From Methanomassiliicoccaceae archaeon (GTDB lineage: Archaea > Thermoplasmatota > Thermoplasmata > Methanomassiliicoccales > Methanomassiliicoccaceae), in contig CAVSJV010000007.1 of the NCBI GenBank assembly GCA_963728405.1, positions 128,001 to 192,000 on the forward strand: DNA of 64,000 nucleotides. The letters are read 5' to 3'. Below the pieces are notes generated by a model. The model ran no database searches, was not told where the DNA came from, and saw only the letters and a list, made by a program, of their open reading frames with translations. Both the position numbers and the translations under genes were made by a program. This document shows positions 21,588 to 31,250 of this stretch, piece after piece; position 1 is the stretch's first letter, and the number at the start of each line of letters is the position of its first letter.

Positions 21588-21685
21588 TTTGCAACCTCAT
21601 ATCAACTTGGTGGCAGGAGTATTTTAATGATGTGCTGGTCTCGCATCGAGCTATGTCATTGTTTTCTCGAGCCTGGATCGACCGT

Positions 21686-22444
21686 TCAGCCATCGGACTC
21701 TTCCTTCTCCTTTTCCAATAGTCGCTCCCAGTCGGGCGGTCTCTCCCGGAACCCCCGAGAACGCCAGAAGGCGATGTTGTTGGGGTTCTTCTGGTTGGAG
21801 CGGTCGTTCCTGTACAACACGTACTTCTGAACGTTGACGGGCTTTCCCCCGGCATCGGTGACCCGCAGCCCCTCGCAAGCCTTGTTCTCATGTTTCCGCT
21901 CGCCGACATGCCCTTCCATGACCTTGCTCCCCCTCGCCAGAAGCTGGAGCACATGGCAGCCGAAGCCCAAGGACTCGCATTTGGAGACCAGGAACCCGGA
22001 GATGGAGTTCGCTTCCCCCACCACCTGGGCCGCGCGACCGTGATCATGGATATAATCCAGTGCCACAGTGATGTCCTTGTCCCCGGTGACCAGGATCATG
22101 ACGTCTGGGCAATCCTCATCGTGAAGGCGGTCCACTAGGGCACAGTGCATCGACGGGTCGGTGAGGCTCTTTCCGAAAGTGAACGCTCCAGTGTGTGGAT
22201 CAACATACTTGAACGACTTGGTCTCCTGGAACCGGAAGCCATTCATCTCGTAGTCCTCCCTGGTCCGGGCCGACCGCCACAGGGTTGCCTCATCTAGGAA
22301 CACCCGGGCGTCCTTGACCTCGCCGAAGGTGGTAGCATGCTCGACCAACAGACTACCTATCCTTTCGAGGATGGCCATCTCGCCGGCCTCATAGAGGCCC
22401 CGTTCCATGTTAGGGCCATCCACATAGATGCCCACGGCGGTCAC
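21686..22444 (-). CDS. NYN/LabA (PIN-like) domain nuclease
   Basis: IYVDGPN, K..D, ILVTGDKD..G..VVG acidic PIN motifs. Confidence 0.8.
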   Translation of the reverse strand: MTAVGIYVDGPNMERGLYEAGEMAILERIGSLLVEHATTFGEVKDARVFLDEATLWRSARTREDYEMNGFRFQETKSFKYVDPHTGAFTFGKSLTDPSMHCALVDRLHDEDCPDVMILVTGDKDITVALDYIHDHGRAAQVVGEANSISGFLVSKCESLGFGCHVLQLLARGSKVMEGHVGERKHENKACEGLRVTDAGGKPVNVQKYVLYRNDRSNQKNPNNIAFWRSRGFRERPPDWERLLEKEKEESDG

Positions 22445-23988
22445 TACGGTCCACGCTCCCGAAGCCCGGCCAGGATGATCTCGTCTATGCTCTGCTGCTC
22501 GAACCTTCGATTGAGGAGGGCGAGGAGAACCCGCGGGATGGTAAAGGTCACCACCTGGGTCCCCTCAAGATATCGGCGGACCTGGTCGCTCAAGGCGTAG
22601 CTGTACTTGGCCAGAGACTCGTAATAGTCTAGGATGGTGATCTTGGCCACGATCTCCCTGGCCAGTTCGTCGTTCAGTCCGTCCCTTTCCGCTTTGGCGA
22701 TGAGCGCATGGACCTCGGCGTCCAGGGCGTCCATGTCTGGCTGGGGGAACTTCCCCGGATCTCGATGGAGCTGTCGGGATAGGGCCAGAAGTTTGCCTCC
22801 GATAGCCAAGATCATCTGGTCCATGGTGCTTTCGGACACCTCGGCGTCATCGAGTAAGAATCGTTCGGTGGCGGGGTCCAGCCTGAGATCGAACCCCAGC
22901 ACCGAATAGTCCTGGTCCCCGCAGTCGGGGTCCCTGGCGTTCACCGGAAAGCGTACTTCCGCCCTGATGCCGGATAGATCCTTAAGCCTCGAACGGAACA
23001 GTTCCTGACCTTCGGGCGACATCTTCTGGGGGATGCCGATCGCCCGGGGGATCACAGTATGCTCATCGAACAGTACCGTCTCGATGCTCAGCGCCTCCTG
23101 GAGAGCTATATCCTCCTCCCGGCTCGTTCCATGCACCTCCACCTGGCACCCCTTGACCCGAGGGTCCCTCTTCTCCGTGGTCAGCATTTCCAGGAGGCCG
23201 TAATATTCAGCGTTCTCAGACCGCTCCAGGCCGAAGCTCTTCGATGTGTGGTACAGTCCGACCGCGAAGCTCCTGGATGCCGGGGTCATCTCCACGTGGA
23301 ACACCCCCTGGTCCGGAGAGATGAGTTCCCAGTAGTTCTCCACCGCCTCGGGTGGGTGGAAGAACTCGTTGCGGCCGTGGATGTTGTTCAGCCGGAACAG
23401 GTTCTTCAGGAAGTATCGCGCATATTTTCTGAGGTCCGACGGCAGACCTTCATTCTCTATCCGGGTGCGCAGGACCGGACGGCTGGCCGCCCCTTCGCTT
23501 CCGCCCACGTCATCGGAATCGATCTCCTCCGGGCCCGTCCTCCTGGTCCCGGTCCATCCATCCAGGGAGAATCGGAGAATGCGTATCTTATTCTCGTCCG
23601 CATTTTCGGCTATATCGTCCAGTGCCTCCCTCACCACCGGTGCCAGCAATCGCCGCAGCAGGTCACTACGGCTTTCGTTGGTCTTGGCCAGCGCTTCCAG
23701 TATGCGATATAACGTCGCGGTCCTCACCCTGACACTGCGGGAAGCCATCTGGGAGAAGCATTTCTTGAAGACCGCCTCTCCGTTGAACTCGAGGTCGCCC
23801 AAGAGGCGATAGGCCTCTTCGCCGTCCCCTGCCGTGCGCAGCTCTTCGATGCGGTCCATGACCTCTTGCCGGGACAGTAGTCTGATGACCTCTTTGGATC
23901 GCACCGGGATCAGGTCAAGGAGCGCGGCCAGGATCTCAGCATCGGCCCACTCGCCGGCAGGCATATCGCGGAAGGGCATGCTGTGCAT
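22444..23988 (-). CDS. Hypothetical protein, 514 aa, coupled to the NYN gene
   Basis: Long ORF; stop overlaps the NYN start (TAGTG); no recognised motif. Confidence 0.75.
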   Translation of the reverse strand: MHSMPFRDMPAGEWADAEILAALLDLIPVRSKEVIRLLSRQEVMDRIEELRTAGDGEEAYRLLGDLEFNGEAVFKKCFSQMASRSVRVRTATLYRILEALAKTNESRSDLLRRLLAPVVREALDDIAENADENKIRILRFSLDGWTGTRRTGPEEIDSDDVGGSEGAASRPVLRTRIENEGLPSDLRKYARYFLKNLFRLNNIHGRNEFFHPPEAVENYWELISPDQGVFHVEMTPASRSFAVGLYHTSKSFGLERSENAEYYGLLEMLTTEKRDPRVKGCQVEVHGTSREEDIALQEALSIETVLFDEHTVIPRAIGIPQKMSPEGQELFRSRLKDLSGIRAEVRFPVNARDPDCGDQDYSVLGFDLRLDPATERFLLDDAEVSESTMDQMILAIGGKLLALSRQLHRDPGKFPQPDMDALDAEVHALIAKAERDGLNDELAREIVAKITILDYYESLAKYSYALSDQVRRYLEGTQVVTFTIPRVLLALLNRRFEQQSIDEIILAGLRERGP

Positions 23989-24021
23989 ATTCTCCTAGGC
24001 CCATATGGCACTTTCGTGCTA

Positions 24022-24351
24022 TCATATATCGATGGTTACGCATCCTTCCTTTACTTGCACAGGGTACGAGCGGAGGTCGAACGCGCGGCCCTCGGAGTCC
24101 ACTGGTTGGCCGAGCACCATGCCGGTGCGGACATCGTACCGGGCCTGGTGCCGCGGGCACTCGACCACGAAGCCGTCCAGCCTTCCCAAGGTCAGGTCGG
24201 CGAGGCCATGGGAGCAGATGCCGTCCATGGCATAGACCGCGCCACCCACATTGGCCACCAGGATCGTTCGCCCCAGGATGTCGACGTTGCGCATGGTGCC
24301 AGGTTGAAGCTCCGATGTAAGGCACGCTATCATCTTTACCGTTGGAACCAC
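24022..24351 (-). CDS. Rieske [2Fe-2S] ferredoxin
   Basis: CSH...CPRH motif. Confidence 0.88.
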   Translation of the reverse strand: MVPTVKMIACLTSELQPGTMRNVDILGRTILVANVGGAVYAMDGICSHGLADLTLGRLDGFVVECPRHQARYDVRTGMVLGQPVDSEGRAFDLRSYPVQVKEGCVTIDI

Positions 24352-24440
24352 CTGGATGATAATGGCCTCTGGCACAATATATCGCTTTCCGGGAAGACAA
24401 TCTGACAACCCTAAAATAGCTATGATCTGCTGTCAGGGCG

Positions 24441-25331
24441 ATGATAATCGACAGCCATATCCACATCTGGCTCCGAGATCACTTACCCGACTCGATGGTC
24501 CGGGCATATCTGGAGCCGCTGAACGCCCTGAAGGACCTCTTCGATCTGGGGATCGATGTGGAGAACGTATGGCCTGATTATGGTGTCGATGTCAACAAGC
24601 TCCTGGAGATGATGGCCGCCGGGCCGGTGGACAAGGCGATCGCTCTGCCGATCGATTACAACCTCATCGAGCAGGCCAGGATCGACATTGAGGAGTACAA
24701 CACCTGGGCCTTCGAGACCACCGCCCCCTATCGCGACAAGGTCATCCCGTTCATCGGCATCGATCCACAGCGCGGCGCAAGGGCTCTGGGGATCATGGAG
24801 AAGTTCGTCAAGCGGTACGATGCCCGTGGCCTAAAGGTGTACCCCGCGACGGGGTGGTATCCTCAGGAGGATCGCATAAAGGATTTCTGGAAGATGGCGA
24901 ACGACCTCGAACTAGCAGTGGTCTCCCATGCCGGGGCGGCCTGGGGGCCCCTGGATGATAAGTTCACCCGGCCGTCGTTCTACGATGAGGTGCTGAGCAA
25001 GTACCCCGACCTGAAGGTCATCATCGCCCACCTGGGCGGCAAATGGAGGGCAGAGACCTACGAGCTGTGCGCCAAGCATGCGAACTGCTACACCGATATC
25101 TCGGCGCTGCAGGGCTGGCTGCCCTCCGATCCGGCCACCTGCATCTCCCGGCTGAAGGAAGTGGCCGAAAAAGCGCCTGACCGGGCGTCGTTCGGTACCG
25201 ACTGGCCGCTGTTCGACCTGAGCTACCCGTCCTCGAGCTGGCTGAACTTCGTCAAGGAGCAGCCATGGGCCGACGAGGGCACCAAGGCCAAGGTGTTGGG
25301 TGGGAACATGCAGCGGTTACTGGGTCTGTGA
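24441..25331 (+). CDS. Amidohydrolase family 2 protein
   Basis: IDSHIH, GLKVYP, IIAHLGG, FGTDWP. Confidence 0.88.
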   Translation: MIIDSHIHIWLRDHLPDSMVRAYLEPLNALKDLFDLGIDVENVWPDYGVDVNKLLEMMAAGPVDKAIALPIDYNLIEQARIDIEEYNTWAFETTAPYRDKVIPFIGIDPQRGARALGIMEKFVKRYDARGLKVYPATGWYPQEDRIKDFWKMANDLELAVVSHAGAAWGPLDDKFTRPSFYDEVLSKYPDLKVIIAHLGGKWRAETYELCAKHANCYTDISALQGWLPSDPATCISRLKEVAEKAPDRASFGTDWPLFDLSYPSSSWLNFVKEQPWADEGTKAKVLGGNMQRLLGL

Positions 25332-25436
25332 CATCTCCTCATCGCCGCGATCGGATCCATCCTGCCGCAATTCGGCCGGTGACGACGGTCCCGGTTCGAA
25401 GGGCCCCGTGACCCTATAAAGTTCGAGCCAGTTCCA

Positions 25437-25903
25437 TCAGGTCCTGCCCATCCACCCTGTACACGTCCAGTCGGCCATGGGCTTCGCTCCCATGTGTTTG
25501 TAGAAAGCAACGGTCGATCCGTTCCAGTCCAGGCGCCCGCAGCCCCGCTCGATGGCGATCTTGGCCAGGCACGCGAACAGGGCACGGCCGAGCATCGGGC
25601 CGCGATACTCTTCCTTGACGAACAGGTCCTCCGGGTACAGGTTCGCCTTGCCCAGGAATGTGGAGAGATTGTTAAAGAACAAGGCAAATGCCACCGGCTC
25701 CCCTCGGTATTCGCCGATGAGGGCCTCGGCATGGTGCTTTCTGAACAGGAGATCGAAGAGGATATCCTCGGTCGCGACGACCTCATCCGGTAATCATTCG
25801 TATTTGGCCAGATCCCTAATGAGATCCAGGATGAGCTCCGTATCTTCTTCCTGCGCTAGCCGGATGATGAACTCTGGATCATTGGCGACGAATGCTCGTT
25901 CAT
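25437..25903 (-). pseudogene. GNAT N-acetyltransferase (SSAT-like), disrupted
   Basis: IRLAQEED..LIRDLAKYE then frameshift; LYPEDLFVKEEYRG..GRAL, FYKHMGA. Confidence 0.75.
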
Positions 25904-25943
25904 AGCCTACTCCTGCATGAACTCGATCCACTTTCTGCTGCGA

Positions 25944-26507
25944 TCATAGCAGTGGTTTGCCCCATACTTCCTGGAAGAAGTTCTCTCCGATGGGCTTCCG
26001 TTCCGGCCGCTCCAACTGTTCTGCTTTCTGCTTATCGGACAGCAGGCTCTCGTCCTCTCCGGGATGGCCGCAGATGACCAGAGCGATGACCACGTAATCG
26101 GCTGGGATGCCTAATACCGCTCGAACCTTGACCGGATTGAATCCGGCGATGGGGTGCGCGATGAGCCCCAGCTCGGTGGCCTGCAGTAACATCTCCGCCA
26201 CCGCCAGCCCGCAACCGAACTTGAAGTAGTCCCGTCCTTCGTTCGAGCGACAGTCGTCCGCTGGCTTTCCAGTGATGACCATAATGAGCGGGGCGGTGGT
26301 GGCCCACACATTCCCTTTGTTCAGGCATTCCTTGACCGGGGGGAGCGATTTCCCGGAGCAGATGATCACTCTCCAGGGCTGGTTATTTATGCAGCTGGGG
26401 GCCAGGCGCATGGCCTCGATCAGTGCCTGTATGCTCTCTTCCTCGATGGGGCGTGGGTCGAAGACCCGATATGCTCTTCTGCGGCGTATGGCCTCGCTAA
26501 CGTCCAT
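25944..26507 (-). CDS. Nitroreductase family protein
   Basis: RRAYRVF, APSCINNQPW, ATELGL, PERKP. Confidence 0.9.
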   Translation of the reverse strand: MDVSEAIRRRRAYRVFDPRPIEEESIQALIEAMRLAPSCINNQPWRVIICSGKSLPPVKECLNKGNVWATTAPLIMVITGKPADDCRSNEGRDYFKFGCGLAVAEMLLQATELGLIAHPIAGFNPVKVRAVLGIPADYVVIALVICGHPGEDESLLSDKQKAEQLERPERKPIGENFFQEVWGKPLL

Positions 26508-26664
26508 GTCCTCTCCCGGCGGCATGGGGCTCGCCCTGGATAAGGATATTGAGGGGGCCGAAAGCGGCGGGCGATGGGGCGTCGGGAACATGGCCAGATG
26601 TGCGATAATTAGGGCGCCGCGGCAGGCCAAACCTTTTATTGGAAAAGCCCTATCGAGGGAATGC

Positions 26665-26783
26665 GGGCTCGTGGCTTAGCCTGGATATAGCACTGGCCTT
26701 CTACCATGAATGTCATGGAAGCAAGTCAGTGGTCTCGGGTTCGAAACCTTCCCAAGAAGGCGAAATTCCCGACGAGCCCGCCA
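26665..26783 (+). tRNA. tRNA-Arg(TCT) with two BHB introns (26704-26723 at 37/38; 26746-26766 at 59/60); CCA encoded
   Basis: Acceptor GGGCTCG/CGAGCCC; removing both inserts gives anticodon loop CTTCTAA and T-loop TTCGAAT. Confidence 0.92.
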
Positions 26784-26852
26784 TTTCCCAATGAAAAGCT
26801 TCATTAATGCCCACAGATTCTGGGCTAGAATATAGCAGCTTGAGGAATACTA

Positions 26853-26960
26853 ATGAAGAGAAGTTCACGCGCTTGGAAAAAGCGAGGCAAGCAGAGATGG
26901 AAGTGGCGCAAGAAGAAGATGCGTCGCCGGAAGCGGGCGCAGAGGATGCGCAAGACTTAA
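26853..26960 (+). CDS. rpl41e: Ribosomal protein L41e (eS32)
   Basis: MKRSSRAWKKRGKQRWKWRKKKMRRRKRAQRMRKT; GAGGA RBS upstream. Confidence 0.85.
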   Translation: MKRSSRAWKKRGKQRWKWRKKKMRRRKRAQRMRKT

Positions 26961-26971
26961 CGCTGACCAGT

Positions 26972-27143
26972 GGGGGTATGGGCTAATTCGGTATACTCGC
27001 GGGCTCCAGTTATACGGGAATGATAGGAACGGGTTTGCTGACCGGTTGATGAGTAACTGGAGCGTTGACCCGTACAATTCCGATGGGGTCGCTCCCCGTC
27101 CGGTGGAAACCCGCTGATCTGGGTTCAAATCCCGGTGCCCCCA
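26972..27143 (+). tRNA. tRNA-Trp(CCA) with ~99-nt intron (27010-27108)
   Basis: Acceptor GGGGGTA/TGCCCCC, anticodon stem GCGGG/CCCGC, T-loop TTCAAAT. Confidence 0.92.
27010..27108 (+). ncRNA. Intron-encoded box C/D guide RNA
   Basis: ATGATAG (C), CTGA (D'), TGATGA (C'), TTGA (D); guides TAACTGGAGC and CGGGTTT are complementary to its own anticodon arm. Confidence 0.8.
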
Positions 27144-27330
27144 CTCCAATATCTGGCTAACAAACTATTTGCCCCATTTCGGCCGTCAAACCCCAAGTTA
27201 GGAGGAAATCCGGACCGCCGGAAGCCCTGAGACAATTCTCGGGGCTTCTCGGCCGTTCTCCTTCTTACCACTCATTTTCGCTTCTATATCTTGGAGGAAG
27301 TTACTGACTTTCCACTGTTCTTTAGCGAGC

Positions 27331-27549
27331 TCATCGACGGTCACGCCCATCTAGCGATGGGTCCGTCTGGACGTCCTTGTGCTCCATCGCTTCCCTGATC
27401 CGTTCGACGGGCATGCCCGCCAGCCACGCGAGGCGGCAGCTGGTCCTTCTCAGGGTGTGGTTTCCCGCTGGCCTGTTTATCTCTGCTATTCTTGAGACGT
27501 CCAGATAGTTATATTCATTGATGATGAATGGATCGAACCCCCATATCAT
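27331..27549 (-). pseudogene. Tyrosine integrase C-terminal remnant next to tRNA-Trp
   Basis: NHTLRRTSCRLAWLAGMPVERIREAMEHKDVQT resembles NHDLRRTCGR..LEKIAKIFGHAD of the Ala integrase. Confidence 0.75.
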
Positions 27550-27580
27550 CCCAGATCGATGATGGCTAAGACGCCTCCGA

Positions 27581-27928
27581 TCATACCCAGTACCGACCCG
27601 ATGATGTAGCCTCCGCCGAGGAACAGGGCCAGCAGGGAAAAGATGATGATCGATGCCCCTGTAATGACGTGTGTCGATCTGGAGCCCTGGTCAGCGCATA
27701 GGCCGAGGAGTAGACGATAATGCCCAGGATCACTAACATGATTCCCAGGAAAACCACTGATATGCCCACTCCCAGGCTGCTGGTCAGGATGGCGTAATAG
27801 ATCGAGCTGAAGAAGATCGCTACCAGGCCCTGGATGATGATTATGCTTCCCCCTATCATCGATAGGAAGAAACCAGCCCGCGAATAGGTCGCAGGCGCTT
27901 TATATTCGACCTTTTGTGTTGTCGTCAT
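27581..27928 (-). CDS. Small membrane protein (probable 3' frameshift)
   Basis: Hydrophobic segments; GGAGG RBS. Confidence 0.6.
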   Translation of the reverse strand: MTTTQKVEYKAPATYSRAGFFLSMIGGSIIIIQGLVAIFFSSIYYAILTSSLGVGISVVFLGIMLVILGIIVYSSAYALTRAPDRHTSLQGHRSSSFPCWPCSSAEATSSGRYWV

Positions 27929-28369
27929 TTCAAACCTCCGTTTTTGGATCGGCCGCTTACTCGGCTTCCCCAGTTGTTTTTGCTAGGTGCCTAGATTAAT
28001 ACGTAATCTGACCAATAGTCGGAAACGGAGCAAATGAGCGCTATTGGGGGGCGTTTTACCAGGCCATATGGGTCGGTCAGTTCATGAACTGCCTTATTGT
28101 CTATCCGATCCGAAGGGCGCATTTAGAGGAGGGGGCCCCGGTAGGGGCCCTGTATTGAACGGATGCGAACTTTGGGGCAGCATCGCTTTCCGACTCGCTC
28201 GGGAATCTGGACCTGAATGTCAACCTCCACACATCGGCGGCCGGATGTCCATGGATGGGGTCAAGGAGGAACTGGATCTGTCGACCCATGTGCTTCTGAG
28301 GATCTGCAATGGAGGGATAGTGTCATTGAAACTAGGGTTGCCCGAGATGATGGATGAGATCCTGTTCCG

Positions 28370-28415
28370 GTCTCGGTGGAAGGGGGGCCATGATCCCGGC
28401 CCCCTTCCTTTTTTA
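28370..28415. terminator. GC-rich hairpin followed by a T-run
   Basis: GGAAGGGGGGCC..GGCCCCCTTCC-TTTTTT. Confidence 0.5.
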
Positions 28416-28447
28416 CTATAGGTTAAAAAAAGTGAAAGGTTTTTTCC

Positions 28448-29080
28448 TTACTTGCAGGCCTGGTCCCTGGACTGCTGCCTGAGCTGGTCCTGGTCGCCCG
28501 AACCGTCGGAGAGGCGGTCCCGGCTCTGGGTCCTGTCCTGGGTCAGATCACAGGTGCCGTTCTGGCCACAGATCTGGTTACCCGTCTGGGTTTGGGCCTG
28601 ATTCATGACCTGGAAAGTTTCTCCCTTCATTTGGCCCCAGTTCCACTGGTGCATCTTGACGATGTTCATCTCATCATCGCTGAGATTTCCATGGGAGAAT
28701 CCCTTGAGCCCATTGCGCTCAGCGAACATCCAGTACTTCCCCTCAGGACGCTCGAAGGTCACGGTCCCGTTGCCATCGGTCTGGCCACGGATCGTGTTCA
28801 TTACCGTCATCGCGGTACGTTCCTGTTCGCGGACAATGTTCATCTCGCAGATGGTCACATTCGCGCCTACCATGGGCACATCTTGCCCGTTCACTCTAGA
28901 ACATACCTGTATCGATAGGTTTGATGGATCGGTTGCACTGCCTTCATCGCCCACAGTGATCATGGGCGTGCCATCATTGGTCGCTGAAGCGGTGCTCGAG
29001 GTCATCAGGACGGCGGCCAGCCCAGCAACGGCAAGGACGGCCACGGCCCCGATGGCCATTAGCTTGGTGGTTAGCTTCAT
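28448..29080 (-). CDS. Secreted/membrane-anchored protein with Q/D/R-rich tail
   Basis: Signal peptide, beta-sandwich TDGNG motif, QDRTQSRDRL..DQDQLRQQ tail. Confidence 0.75.
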   Translation of the reverse strand: MKLTTKLMAIGAVAVLAVAGLAAVLMTSSTASATNDGTPMITVGDEGSATDPSNLSIQVCSRVNGQDVPMVGANVTICEMNIVREQERTAMTVMNTIRGQTDGNGTVTFERPEGKYWMFAERNGLKGFSHGNLSDDEMNIVKMHQWNWGQMKGETFQVMNQAQTQTGNQICGQNGTCDLTQDRTQSRDRLSDGSGDQDQLRQQSRDQACK

Positions 29081-29488
29081 TTTGTTTGCCTCCAAGTGAG
29101 GTCACCGTCTTGAGGGTATATCCGAGGTCGGAAAGAATCGTATGTACGATTCATCCATGTAGATGGAGGTTGGCCCACAAGGAATGCAAGGTCCGAACAT
29201 ATTAAGGCCCATTTTGCCGTCGGGATCGTTCAGGAGCAACAATATGGGATCAACCGGCCCGATAACGGCCCATGGTACTGGGCATCGACAAGGGCCGACC
29301 ACTTCATAAAATGGTTCGGCGGGGCGATGATCCATCGAAATCTTCCTGGATGTTGGCTGGACTGTTTAGCCCCATTGCCTGGGCCGGAACTGCTTGTTCT
29401 TGGTCCGTTCCGTGGTCCACAATATTTTGGAGATTATTCTATATAGGTAGAAATGACAAATCATTACAATCCAGTTGTAGAAACTGGA

Positions 29489-30073
29489 ATGGAGTTGACT
29501 TATTTGGCCGTTGAAAGCATGCGAGATAGAAGATGGGGCAGAATGGCCTTCGGGATAATAGCCTTGATATTCGGGCTGGCTTTTCTTCTGGTTCCTGGGT
29601 TCACTCTGGTCCTGTTCCTGGTCCTGTTCGGCATATTCATGATATTTGCCGGGCTGGTCCTCATAGGGTTCAGCCGGTCCCGGACTCGAGGTACTCATCG
29701 GACCTTGAATGTGGTCGAAGGCATAATCGATATAGCGATCGGCATCATTGCCATATTCGCGCCGGGTTTCACTTCCCTTCTAGCCATCTACTTGGTCGGT
29801 GCGTTTCTGATCATTGCGGGCATCTTCCAGCTCTTTGAGGGCATCATTGCTCCACGGGGCACACAGACCTTCGGGACGTCCAACCGGTGGATATTGGCCG
29901 GCGGAGGCCTACTATCCCTCGTGATCGGGGTGGCCATCGTCCTGTTCCCCGAAGCAGGGATTCTTGCCATCCTGTGGATCATCGGCATATTCCTGGTGAT
30001 AATCGGCATCATCAACATCGTATCTGGGCTGCGGATGCGCTCGGCCACCATGCCAACGACCACCACGAGGTAG
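29489..30073 (+). CDS. HdeD/DUF308 membrane protein
   Basis: Repeated GIIALIFG..P..LFG..I.AG hairpins. Confidence 0.82.
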   Translation: MELTYLAVESMRDRRWGRMAFGIIALIFGLAFLLVPGFTLVLFLVLFGIFMIFAGLVLIGFSRSRTRGTHRTLNVVEGIIDIAIGIIAIFAPGFTSLLAIYLVGAFLIIAGIFQLFEGIIAPRGTQTFGTSNRWILAGGGLLSLVIGVAIVLFPEAGILAILWIIGIFLVIIGIINIVSGLRMRSATMPTTTTR

Positions 30074-30161
30074 CCAAACCATTTCCTATCAACTTTTTAT
30101 GTAGGATTCCTTCATATATCGAATATATCTAGGGAGCATTAGGGGTTAGCACAGGTGCCTC

Positions 30162-30818
30162 ATGTTCCCACCTCATTGGTTCCTACCATATGATGCGGCA
30201 TTCCAGTTGCTGACGGCAGTGGTCGCTCTGGCCGTGGCCTTGTACGCTTTGCGGGGTTACGGATGGATCCGTGAAAGGACACTCTACGCACTGTTCTTGG
30301 CCTTCCTGCTGCTAGCTGTAGGTCTTTTCATAAACGGGGTAACGTTATCCTATGCCTCTCTGACAGGAGTTTCGTTCTCCAGCAACGGCTCTTCATCCTC
30401 CATTGCTGACATCGGTTTCTGGGCCTACTACCTGATGAGCATCTTAGCCTTCTCGCTCCTGGTCTTTGCCTATACTAACAGGCTAAGGGAGTCATCCTTG
30501 GCCTTGGCGGGGGCAGGCTTGGGCAGGGGCGGCAATGGTGGGTCGGCGGGAACATATCTGGTAATGGCCGGGCCGATCATGGAGCTCGTCCTGGTGATCT
30601 TACTCTTCATCATCATCGTGGCCCAGCTGGCCCATATGGCCATCAGGCGTAGCAAATATTCCATCATGGTGACCCTGAGCTTCACGTTGCTTCTATTGAG
30701 CCACATGCTGTTCATGATCAGCTCGATCGAGGACAGTATCTATGTGGTCGGTCGGATTTTAGAGCTAGCTGGTTTCTTGGCCTTGCTGGCAGTGTTGGTC
30801 GGCCTCAGGAGGGCTTGA
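30162..30818 (+). CDS. Multi-pass membrane protein
   Basis: About seven TM helices; overlaps the downstream regulator. Confidence 0.75.
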   Translation: MFPPHWFLPYDAAFQLLTAVVALAVALYALRGYGWIRERTLYALFLAFLLLAVGLFINGVTLSYASLTGVSFSSNGSSSSIADIGFWAYYLMSILAFSLLVFAYTNRLRESSLALAGAGLGRGGNGGSAGTYLVMAGPIMELVLVILLFIIIVAQLAHMAIRRSKYSIMVTLSFTLLLLSHMLFMISSIEDSIYVVGRILELAGFLALLAVLVGLRRA

Positions 30819-31102
30819 TGACGGAGCCGCAGAAATATCGGTCGAAGGGACGAATCTTCGCCGACATCCTCCGGGCGGTCCAGGAGAGCGGAGCGGCCAA
30901 GGTGACCCATATTCTATACAGGGCGAACCTGTCGCATGACCGCCTGATCAAATATCTAGCCCAACTGGAGGAAACGGGTCTCATCGTCCGCTCGCAGGAA
31001 GGGGACAGGACGTTCTATTCGATAACGGAGAAGGGGATCAAATTCATGGCCGAGTTCAGAAGGATGGAAGAATTTGCCGATGCGTTCGGCTTGGATATAT
31101 AA
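30815..31102 (+). CDS. Archaeal winged-HTH transcription regulator
   Basis: RSKGRIFADIL, THILYRANLS, YSITEKG. Confidence 0.88.
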   Translation: MMTEPQKYRSKGRIFADILRAVQESGAAKVTHILYRANLSHDRLIKYLAQLEETGLIVRSQEGDRTFYSITEKGIKFMAEFRRMEEFADAFGLDI

Positions 31103-31250
31103 ACAATTATCTGGCTCGATAATTTTAATAGAACAGCGATGGGAACGGCGATAGTTTTTATTAACCCCTCCTCAATATTCCATTGAGGAGTCCCCGTGGA
31201 CCTTCTCCAACTTCCCCACCATTTCTTTAATCTTCGGGGGCTCCTCTCAT

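Noticed and set aside
26865-27149. 94-aa minus-strand ORF
   Set aside because: Antisense to L41e and tRNA-Trp
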